Shown one piece after another: positions 10,699-18,489 of a stretch of 64,000 nucleotides of DNA. The DNA lies in the sequence record OR413585.1. One strand, given 5' to 3'. Position 1 is the stretch's first letter. The number at the start of each line of letters is the position of its first letter. Under the pieces are notes generated by a model. The model was not told where the DNA came from. It saw only the letters and a list, made by a program, of their open reading frames with translations, and ran no database searches. The position numbers and the translations under genes were made by a program.

Positions 10699-11233
10699 GG
10701 TTACTTTTTAACCAACCGGTTAAAGGGGTCTGGGAAGCATCAGAAAACGATTAGGTGGTATCGACGTAGGGTAGCTCGTTTTTGGCAGTTTATCGTTTTC
10801 TAGGGTCGGTTACGTGCGTTTTAGAGGGGGTTATGTATCGAGACAGAGAATTTATTTTTGTCGAGGCGAGGAAATTCAGGGAATGGGGATTCAGGATTGT
10901 ATGTTTTTTAACCAGTTATTAAAAACGCTCTAGAAAGCGCTAGAACGAGATTTAACTCAGACCCAGTACACTTGGGTTCCCTATACCGGAAAATCGCGCC
11001 AGCGGGCCGCTGAGAGCGCGAGAGTGCCATTCCCGTTTCGGTTCCGAGGTGACGGTCGCGGCCGGCGACGACGATCACACGTTGGGTAGCACTTCGTGCC
11101 ATGTCTGAGTGAAAACTGGATCGTTCTGTAACCGACACACACTGTCGGTTACTTACGAGTTCTTTGGGTTGTTTAACTCGCTCTAAAATCCCCCTTAGGG
11201 GATAATTTAATCTAATTCTCAAAATTTCTTTTT

Positions 11234-11490
11234 AAAACAATCACTTAGATTGTTTTTTAGATTGATCCTGTGGATCGGGTCGAAGACCCTTTCCTTATAC
11301 GCGTGCGCGTGCGCACACCCGTATCCTCCAGGATCTTTTAAAAGATATATAATAATATTAAATATAATAATACCTTTAGGTATTATATTTAATTATTATA
11401 ATTATTTATATAAATAAATATATTAATATATTAAGATCTTAAAACGCGTGCAGGCGCGCGCGTGATCCTTATTAAGAGATCGTGATCGGA
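11234..11490. other. Candidate replication origin or packaging site: AT-rich palindrome cluster
   Basis: About 110 bp of almost pure A/T made of stacked palindromes, flanked by ACGCGTGC on both sides; 7 GATC sites between 11264 and 11487. Confidence 0.45.
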
Positions 11491-12400
11491 CGGAAGTCCT
11501 AGTTTGGGTACCCTGTGTATTTTTTACGTGGTTTCCCTATCGTGTGTTCAGACCACCACTCGATGTCCAAAACCCATAGCTTCGGTGGTCGCCTCCCTGG
11601 TCGGTAGACTCTGACAAGTCGACCCACAACACCAACCCGTCCGGGGACGGATTTTTATTCCAACGACAAGCTCCACGAAAATCCCCGCAGAGGGACTCAC
11701 CGCTGTGTGACTCACCGGCTCCTGGACGCCTACGCCTCGAGCCGGTAATTTTTTGATTACGTGAGTTTGTTGTTATATGCGAATAGCGATTGACCGCGCC
11801 AATGGTCCAATCACTTTTAAACCCTGTACGCTAGGGCTCCAAGTCCTGGGACTGATACCCAGGACGCTTTTTCGAAAATACCTACCGTGGTGTCTTCGAC
11901 AAAGCGCAATCTAACACTGCGTGATTTATTATGTTCTGGAAAACTTTCGCCGTGGAACAGAACCGGTGAGCGTCGGCGGGGATTCCGACAATCACCACCC
12001 ATTCAGGTACTCGGTAAATAACCGACCTGCCGACGGTGCTACGTCGGGCGTAGTTCGGTTTGCGAGAGTGTCGAGAAAGTCGACTGCGCACCCATGACAA
12101 AATCCGAGTTGACCGTGGCAGCGCCAGAGGACTGGGCAGCGGAGAGACGTCGTTGAACTTACCTCCGATAGTTATCGCTGATTCCGCTCTGGCGTCGGGC
12201 CAAAACTGATTCGAATTCGGCGTTGCGTCGAAAAGGGGTCTGCGTGTAGAACCGCAGACTTGGGGGATAACTCCGATGAGGAGGTTGGTCCATATCTTGC
12301 CGGCTCGGAACAGACGAGAGGGGTGGGTACTCCCGTTGTGAAACGCCAGTACCTGGCTGATTAAAATTTACAGATTCTGCGTGAGGTATGATAAACCAAA
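11490..12400 (+). ncRNA. Putative structured non-coding RNA block (one large or several small RNAs)
   Basis: No credible ORF; more than ten hairpins, GAAA/GTGA loops, and three stems followed by T tracts. Strand inferred from the T tracts. Confidence 0.4.
12362..12391 (+). promoter_or_regulatory. Candidate promoter (TAAAATTTAC ... GGTATGAT)
   Basis: Middle-type motif plus TATG upstream of the GGAG RBS of the 12415 gene. Confidence 0.45.
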
Positions 12401-12414
12401 CGGAGAATTAAACC

Positions 12415-12990
12415 ATGAACTTGTATCGCATCGGGTTTTACCGAAACGAGATGCCTGAATCGGTTTTGGTTGTCTTAGCCGAAAACGAGGAGCAGGCCAA
12501 ATCCTTCTGGCCGGTTAGCGCAGAGCGTCCAGCGGTTGCGTGCTGCTACGACGGCGCTGTGTCTACCCCGATGGTTACGCCTGGGGTGGTTCTGAAGCAA
12601 GGCCGTTGGGATGATTATTCCCATCCTGGTTTGGAATTTGTTTCCGAATCCGCCAGACACACCTGGAATCTTACCACGGGTAAAACCAGAGTGTATTTCG
12701 GCCACCAAGCCAAGCAACCGTCGCTCATCAAGCTGTACCTGGTTTACAGCGACGTCGCTACCGAAGACTATGTCGACGCCGGAATCATCGTCGGGGCAAC
12801 AACCCCCGAGGCGGCATTCGCACATTGGGACGGCGATAAACCCGGAATCGTTTCGGTTTGTGAGCTACCACTTGAAGCCGGTTTGGTTACGAACATCAAG
12901 TGTGAGCAAGGCCAGGAGCTGACTTGGATGCGCCAGGATTACCTGACGGAAACGACATTCGAGTACACACCGAGGAAGGTGACCCAATGA
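12415..12990 (+). CDS. Hypothetical protein with two copies of a small domain
   Basis: GGAG RBS; MNLYRIG..VVLAENEEQA and IKLYLVY..IIVGATTPEAA resemble each other and the 13714 protein. Confidence 0.7.
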   Translation: MNLYRIGFYRNEMPESVLVVLAENEEQAKSFWPVSAERPAVACCYDGAVSTPMVTPGVVLKQGRWDDYSHPGLEFVSESARHTWNLTTGKTRVYFGHQAKQPSLIKLYLVYSDVATEDYVDAGIIVGATTPEAAFAHWDGDKPGIVSVCELPLEAGLVTNIKCEQGQELTWMRQDYLTETTFEYTPRKVTQ

Positions 12991-13478
12991 CGACGATAGC
13001 GTTCGATGGAAAAGTCTTAGCTGCTGACGGCCAGTTAACCCGTGGGTCGAATATCTGCAACCTGAATACCCAGAAGTTATTCATCTGCCCTTCTGACGAG
13101 GAATGGTGGATTACTGGTGAACGGATTGTGGCGTTCGGAGTAAGCGGCGACATCACAGGACAATTGGCCCTGCTGGAAACTGTCCGCTTGAGACCTGGTT
13201 ACAAGGGGTTAACGCAAAGCTCGCAGTTACCTGCGAAGATGGATTTTACTTTCCTGATGCTTCTGGCCTCAGGGAAAGCGATAGTCGGTGGGAAGCGTGA
13301 AGACGACGTGACGTTGTGGTGGAGTGAAGCCACACCACCTCTGGCAACCGGAAGTGGTTACGAGTATGCGTTGGGTGCGATGAAGATGGGCGCGAATGCG
13401 GTTCGTGCTGTTGAGATTGCGTCCGAATGCGATATCTACACCGGTGGTGAGATTAGCACTTACGAATTACGGAGGTGA
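12987..13478 (+). CDS. HslV/proteasome-beta-like Ntn-hydrolase protease (163 aa)
   Basis: Start moved to the ATGA overlap at 12987, giving M-TTIAFDGKVLAADGQ; later ATGSGYEYA and IASECDIYTGG match HslV motifs. Confidence 0.75.
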   Translation: MTTIAFDGKVLAADGQLTRGSNICNLNTQKLFICPSDEEWWITGERIVAFGVSGDITGQLALLETVRLRPGYKGLTQSSQLPAKMDFTFLMLLASGKAIVGGKREDDVTLWWSEATPPLATGSGYEYALGAMKMGANAVRAVEIASECDIYTGGEISTYELRR

Positions 13479-13571
13479 ATCATGCGGGAGTCAGAAGCAC
13501 GCAAGCTTGACCCCATCAATCGCCTGCGATAACGGGGTAGCGCATCCGTATAAACACGTTTAAAGAATTCT

Positions 13572-13647
13572 AGGAAAGTGACGCAATTGGTAGCGTACCG
13601 GTCTCCAAAACCGGCTGTTTAGAGTTCGAGTCTCTACTTTCCTGCCA
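13572..13647 (+). tRNA. trnW: tRNA-Trp (CCA)
   Basis: Complete 76-nt cloverleaf: AGGAAAG/CTTTCCT acceptor, CCGGT-CTCCAAA-ACCGG anticodon arm, TAGAG-TTCGAGT-CTCTA T arm, encoded CCA end. Confidence 0.93.
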
Positions 13648-13713
13648 CATTTAGCCAACAAGCCCATGATTCAAAGCAGAGTGACACCGAATGTCTAACT
13701 GCGGAGAATAATC

Positions 13714-13956
13714 ATGAACTTGTATTTGCTAGAACGAACTGACGATATCGGGTATGATGAATTTGATTCCATAATCGTGGCGGCTCCTACGGAGCAAGCC
13801 GCGTGTGCAATTCCTCCCGACCGTGGTCATTGGATGGACTGCCGCTGGTTACCGAAAGAGCGCTGGGATGAAGGGCTTACCCTGACCGTTACTCTTATCG
13901 GTACTACGCATTATCCTGCTGGGACCGTCGTTCATGAATCGTTCAATGCTGGCTAA
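13714..13956 (+). CDS. Hypothetical protein (80 aa), single-domain paralog of the 12415 protein
   Basis: GGAG RBS; MNLYLLE..IIVAAPTEQAA; followed by an AGTGGGC-TTCG-GCCCACT hairpin. Confidence 0.7.
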   Translation: MNLYLLERTDDIGYDEFDSIIVAAPTEQAACAIPPDRGHWMDCRWLPKERWDEGLTLTVTLIGTTHYPAGTVVHESFNAG

Positions 13957-13974
13957 ACAGTGGGCTTCGGCCCA

Positions 13975-15000
13975 CTAACCCTATTCGAGCCGTGATACTT
14001 ACTCAGATTGTGCGGGTTGATGTCCCGCATGAGCCGGTAGCAGCTCAGACCTACGGTAAGCCGATAAATCCGTAGCAGCCAGGTACACAAAGCACCAGGT
14101 CGCTTGTACAGGATGCTGGGTATCTGACCGGTCATAACCTCATTCGATACGAGACACGTTTATGCATGAAATACTCCAGTACATCAGGATGTTGATTTCC
14201 AACGTCCAGTTCTGGGTATTCAATCATGTTTGGTTTACAGGCGATGGGTTTTCCCGCAAGGGCCCCACTTACAGACTGGCGTCTCCACGACAACCGTCCC
14301 TAGGGGACAGGCAAGCACCGGCCCATTAAGCCGCTACGCTACGCCTGTAAATCCACAATCTGATAACCGAATGGGATTGAGTTCCCAGTGTTAGGGTGAC
14401 TGTGTGTCACCGTAGGCGCGGTACCTCATACGGCCGGAACGCCACGAATGTACGTGATAGCGGGTGGTGCTTGGAGGCGCTAAGACCTGACCTTGCGGCC
14501 AGGCTCAGAAGAAGAAGTCCATCACCCGCATTCAGAAATGAATTTAGGTTAATTATTATTTATGGAAGTGATGAAATCGTTTACGTGATAACTTAGTAGT
14601 ATGCAACGAACAATACCAGAGTGACTTTACGAGGTTACTGTGGTATATGTCGGTGCTCCGGGCAACGTGTTGCCGCAGATAAGCCCGAGGGAGCTGAGTG
14701 CACTAACACACGCCGGGATGCACCGGCACCTTACAATGGGAGCGCTGTCACCATCAGTGATGACAGGAGTGAAGGATTCGTACCTCACTCGACTGGGCGG
14801 AAGCCTGGGCGTTCCCCCATCTTCACATCATGGCCGGCTTGCCGGTTCAACGTAGACGTCTCGTAAGAGATTTCCAGTCAGGTAACTGATAACACACCTA
14901 AGCGTCGACCTTGGACGTATGGTGTCTGGTTAAGTCCCCCGAAACGGAAACCAGTAGGGGTGTGGTACGTTGAGTGTAACTATCATGATGCCATGAACAA
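13975..15000 (+). ncRNA. Putative structured non-coding RNA(s)
   Basis: ORF-poor; nested long stems (14232-14353, 14460-14529, 14613-14646) and GNRA loops (GCAA, GTAA). Confidence 0.45.
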
Positions 15001-15001
15001 T

Positions 15002-15071
15002 GGCTTTGTAGCTCAGGTAGGTAGAGCAACCTCTTCGAGGAAGGTCGCCGGTTCGAGTCCGGTCAAAGCAA
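15002..15071 (+). ncRNA. tRNA-like element with truncated anticodon arm
   Basis: GCTTTG/CAAAGC acceptor, GCTC/GAGC D arm and GCCGG-TTCGAGT-CCGGT T arm are normal, but the anticodon arm is only 13 nt (ACCTC-TTC-GAGGA); no CCA. Confidence 0.6.
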
Positions 15072-15150
15072 GAGCAGCGAAGTTAGAGGAATTAACACCC
15101 GACTCATAATCGGATATTTCGACGGTTCGAATCCGTCCGTTTGCTCGCCC
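15072..15150 (+). tRNA. Atypical tRNA with CAT anticodon (Met- or Ile2-like)
   Basis: CCGA-CTCATAA-TCGG anticodon arm, GACGG-TTCGAAT-CCGTC T arm, GTTA/TAAC D stem; 8-bp bulged acceptor stem, no U8, no encoded CCA. Confidence 0.55.
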
Positions 15151-15155
15151 CATTT

Positions 15156-15484
15156 GTGTTATCCTTATCCCGAAGGCATTCGAAATAAGACGCGTATCCA
15201 CACACGGGTCAAGGGTAACACGAACCACTTCCGCGGTCACCGTGTCCATTGCCGCCTACCTGCATGGGCTGTCCTCCGACACGGTGACTTCGGGCCAACT
15301 TACAGGCCAGGGCCGTTTGGGTTTTTCTTACGCATCCATCCAGAGCCACCTCGCGCCCTAGTCTGTATACCCCTTTTCTGTTCCTGGTTTGCCAACTAAA
15401 TCAATTAAGCCTGGTGCGTTGCCCTGGGAACAGAAAAACTTATTCGGTTACACACCGAACCCACCCACGAGGGATATGTCGTGG
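15156..15484 (+). ncRNA. Array of consecutive ~55-65-nt hairpins
   Basis: 11-bp stems at 15156/15211, 15236/15278 and 15374/15427, an interrupted stem at ~15301-15366, and two small hairpins. Confidence 0.45.
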
Positions 15485-15525
15485 ACTACCAATAGAAGCA
15501 GCAATAGTAGTAAGAAGGAAGCAAC

Positions 15526-16347
15526 ATGTTTACAGTTAAACGTGTAATTGATGGTGACCGCATTATTACCGAACATGAAAAAGTTCGTATCGGTGACCGT
15601 AAGTCTCGTGTATTCCGCGAGGCATTAAAAATGCTCGAGAACGAGCGCTTCGACATCGTTGTCGATGATGAAAAGTTAGCCCTTAATCCGGGGTTAAAAC
15701 GCGTTGCCCCTGATGTGCCTGATCCGAACACCATGCACCCGTCCGATTATTACAGTTGGCTAACCCGAATGCTTAAAGATCAGGAAGCTGCCCATTTATA
15801 CCTGAAACAGCTTTTCCCGAATCTGGTTATTCCTGATTTGGACGACGTTGCGTTGTTTAACTGCGATGGACGTGGCTTTATCAGCTATGTGCTGGGTGAA
15901 AAAAGTGATGCTGTTCTGGTACTGGACACAAATTCCCGTATACCAGATGCTGTGGCTAGCATACGTGGTGAAATCATCGGTTACGGTACTCCCCCAGAGA
16001 AATTAGGCTGGTACAAACCATCTCCTGATAGCGACATGGCGATCATTGTCTACACTCAGGAAGAACTGCAACAAGTCGAATTAGAGCCTGGTCCATCTAT
16101 CGAGTTCAGTGATGTCCAGGAGCAGTCGCAGTGGATTAACGGTGAGTCTGTTGTTACTGTTTTAAAAGGCGCTCGCCCTGGCGACCGGTCAGTCGATGAA
16201 CTGATTGGCGCAATGTGCATCGAAGAAGAATCTGGATACGATCCTGATAACCAGATCAGTACCGGTGCGTTGTACGAACTGTTTTATAAAGGCGACGAAG
16301 TCTACGTGGTTAACTCTCACGGTAAGACTACCGACGTCCTTCGCTGA
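15526..16347 (+). CDS. Hypothetical protein (273 aa)
   Basis: AAGGA RBS, intact ORF. Confidence 0.75.
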   Translation: MFTVKRVIDGDRIITEHEKVRIGDRKSRVFREALKMLENERFDIVVDDEKLALNPGLKRVAPDVPDPNTMHPSDYYSWLTRMLKDQEAAHLYLKQLFPNLVIPDLDDVALFNCDGRGFISYVLGEKSDAVLVLDTNSRIPDAVASIRGEIIGYGTPPEKLGWYKPSPDSDMAIIVYTQEELQQVELEPGPSIEFSDVQEQSQWINGESVVTVLKGARPGDRSVDELIGAMCIEEESGYDPDNQISTGALYELFYKGDEVYVVNSHGKTTDVLR

Positions 16348-16437
16348 ATTAGCTAACGCCCAGTAGCTATGTTCCTGACGATTAGCCCTCGTCTGACCTT
16401 GTAAGACCTTGTAGATTTACATGCCAACACCAGGGAA

Positions 16438-16480
16438 GTCCTCACTCTTCGGAGTGAGGACAACTCTTTTATTTTTTTTT
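16438..16480 (+). terminator. Intrinsic terminator
   Basis: GTCCTCACTC-TTCG-GAGTGAGGAC followed by a T-rich tail. Confidence 0.8.
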
Positions 16481-16497
16481 GTATCCCAAATATTCAC

Positions 16498-16512
16498 AGA
16501 TAGATATTACCT
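16498..16512 (+). promoter_or_regulatory. Candidate early promoter/operator AGATAGATATTACCT
   Basis: Variant of a 15-mer repeated at 19464, 27372, 27468, 35928, 37344 and 41087; resembles the phiKZ early motif TATATTAC. Confidence 0.55.
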
Positions 16513-16571
16513 AAGTGAGATGAGAAAGCCTCATCTGAATTCCCCCAACTCGACTATAAAAGGTAAGCATC

Positions 16572-17519
16572 ATGTACAGATCAAGTAATCCTAGTGCTAT
16601 TGAAGGATTAAACCAGGATGGCTTCAGCCTCGCAGAAGCAACCCGCATTCGACCTTTCTTACCTCGCAGATTCTTCCCTTTCGGTTCGTTATACAGAACG
16701 AATTTCGACGCTTGGGAAGCGATACGTGCTGTAAAAGATGCACTACAGTACAAGAACTTCGAATTCCGATTTGTTTTCAAATGGGGCAACGGCGAATTGC
16801 TCCACCACTTCGGATTCCAACAGAACGAGTTCATTGAGTATACCTCACCTACGTACCACACCAGGTTCTTAAGTATCGAATTCGTTCGCCATTTCGGCGA
16901 TGCACTCTTTACGGAACGGGCTACAGATGAAAACCACGGACGTAGGCTGATGTTAACGAACGGCGCACTGCGCATCAAGATGAATCGTTTACGGGAAGCG
17001 TATAACCAGCTTATCAATCCTGAACCGGTAATGTTTCCAACTGTAGCTGATTTGAACATTACACCGCTCCAGTTACCTGTGGATGTGGATAGACCGATTC
17101 TGGCAATCCACGCTCTCCAGGCAGGCTATGCAAACTGGTATAAAGAGCACAGTCTCCCGAACACCAGATTGAACATCGCACCGTTTGAGTTGTGCCTGTT
17201 CTTAACGTTACGCAAACAACTCGAGCCAGAAAACTTAGACTTACGTTATCTGGCTAAAACAGATAGCGGTAGTTACTACCCAACGACCTGGATGCTGGCG
17301 GCTGTACTACCCGGCGGTGAAATTATCGGTAACCCAGTCACCGATGTTCAACAGTTACCATCACCGTTAGCACCACCGAAAGATTCAATCTATCCGTACG
17401 CTTCGTGGTACGCGAGCAGTATTGGCGTGAGATGGTTAATGTTACACGTTCCTGAAGAGGTCTATAATTTATTCCCGCATGAGCAATGGCTCCGTGCGTA
17501 TGAAAATCGGTTTGGTTAG
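16572..17519 (+). CDS. Hypothetical protein (315 aa)
   Basis: AAGG RBS, intact ORF between a promoter motif and a terminator. Confidence 0.75.
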   Translation: MYRSSNPSAIEGLNQDGFSLAEATRIRPFLPRRFFPFGSLYRTNFDAWEAIRAVKDALQYKNFEFRFVFKWGNGELLHHFGFQQNEFIEYTSPTYHTRFLSIEFVRHFGDALFTERATDENHGRRLMLTNGALRIKMNRLREAYNQLINPEPVMFPTVADLNITPLQLPVDVDRPILAIHALQAGYANWYKEHSLPNTRLNIAPFELCLFLTLRKQLEPENLDLRYLAKTDSGSYYPTTWMLAAVLPGGEIIGNPVTDVQQLPSPLAPPKDSIYPYASWYASSIGVRWLMLHVPEEVYNLFPHEQWLRAYENRFG

Positions 17520-17533
17520 TAGTCGATGCTTTT

Positions 17534-17562
17534 GAGGGAACTTCGGTTCCCTCTTTTTTTTT
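17534..17562 (+). terminator. Intrinsic terminator
   Basis: GAGGGAAC-TTCG-GTTCCCTC followed by a T run. Confidence 0.85.
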
Positions 17563-17605
17563 CTTTTTTCACGACTGCCTCAGAATCTTATAGGAGGAAG
17601 TTACC

Positions 17606-18022
17606 ATGATTACGCAGTGCTACTACCAGACGCAAGATTTATTTAAAGCATTGGAAGAAAATAAGCTACCCACGACTTTAAGACCGCAGTGCAGTTATTC
17701 AAGAATGCTTGCAAGTGAGGTCTTTCCGGTGCTAATGCAGTTGCCTCAATTCCAACCGTGGCTCGACTCGCTAGATGTGGTAGATGTTGTGGCTATCTAC
17801 ACTGGGTCAGACACACCAACAATAAATACAAGCGAGTGTTTATCCCGTAGCGAATCGTCGGCGATAAATGAAATGCCGCAGCTAATGCCTTCTTTATTCG
17901 ATTCGATGTGCGCTGCAGTTATGCAGAAACGACTACCTTATGAGGAAGTATTCGCCATTGTGTTAGACAGCATCCACGCAATGAATTATAAACACTATAA
18001 AACCCTCGGAACCTTACACTGA
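17606..18022 (+). CDS. Hypothetical protein (138 aa)
   Basis: AGGAGG RBS, intact ORF. Confidence 0.75.
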   Translation: MITQCYYQTQDLFKALEENKLPTTLRPQCSYSRMLASEVFPVLMQLPQFQPWLDSLDVVDVVAIYTGSDTPTINTSECLSRSESSAINEMPQLMPSLFDSMCAAVMQKRLPYEEVFAIVLDSIHAMNYKHYKTLGTLH

Positions 18023-18089
18023 CTTTTTTACGGCAGGCACCTATCTTGTAGGGAGTCTGTGCTGTAATAGATTCCAAAGGAGATGCTCG

Positions 18090-18479
18090 ATGAAAAACAA
18101 ACTGCGTCCGCTGGACGTGATTATGGCGCATCCGGATACCCTCAAGAAAATTAAAGTGGTCAATGAACTTGACCGTGGTCTCCTGGATACTATTCAATGG
18201 GGTTTTACTTTCCACCCCGATGAAGAGAACAACACGCGTCAATTAGATGTCTGCGACGGCGTAGAAATTGATTGGTCTTCTAACGAAGGCTTTGATGATG
18301 TCGTCGATTATGTTAAACAGGCCACCGTTCCTCCTGTGTTCCCAGTAGCGGGTTTAGCGGAACACACAATTTCTCTCCGCCGACTGGTTAACGCTCAACC
18401 AGAAATCGTGCGTGAAGGCGAGGCGTGGACGTCAGGCATTACCCATCATCTTAAGGATGTGCTGGGTGTTGCCGGTTAA
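18090..18479 (+). CDS. Hypothetical protein (129 aa)
   Basis: AAGGAG RBS, intact ORF. Confidence 0.75.
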   Translation: MKNKLRPLDVIMAHPDTLKKIKVVNELDRGLLDTIQWGFTFHPDEENNTRQLDVCDGVEIDWSSNEGFDDVVDYVKQATVPPVFPVAGLAEHTISLRRLVNAQPEIVREGEAWTSGITHHLKDVLGVAG

Positions 18480-18489
18480 AAAAGAAGAA

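Noticed and set aside
11268-11278. DnaA box (TGTGGATCG)
   Set aside because: A single 7/9 match; not enough to claim DnaA dependence.
12118-12230. tmRNA
   Set aside because: A T-loop-like hairpin exists, but there is no Ala-type acceptor end with CCA and no tag reading frame; kept only as a possible tRNA-mimic domain.
14031-14060. Group II intron domain V look-alike (GAGCCGGTAG..CTACGG)
   Set aside because: Lacks the GNRA loop and AC bulge geometry; no GTGCG 5' end or RT ORF.
14505-14525. RNase P-like CR-I motif (GAAGAAGTCC)
   Set aside because: Only a partial match to GAGGAAAGTCC, and no complementary P4/CR-V partner was found.
14885-14960. Hammerhead ribozyme (CTGATAA ... GAAA)
   Set aside because: Core is not CTGATGA, and GAAA does not follow the stem II candidate.
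10650-15520. CRISPR array in the non-coding regions
   Set aside because: No repeated 25-45-nt unit with regular spacers; the hairpins differ in sequence and no cas genes are present.
10609-15734. Short ORFs in the structured regions (10609, 10908, 11817, 11882, 13953, 14396, 14621, 14640, 15013, 15154, 15486)
   Set aside because: No clear RBS, atypical composition, and overlap with terminators, tRNA-like elements or stems; treated as non-coding.
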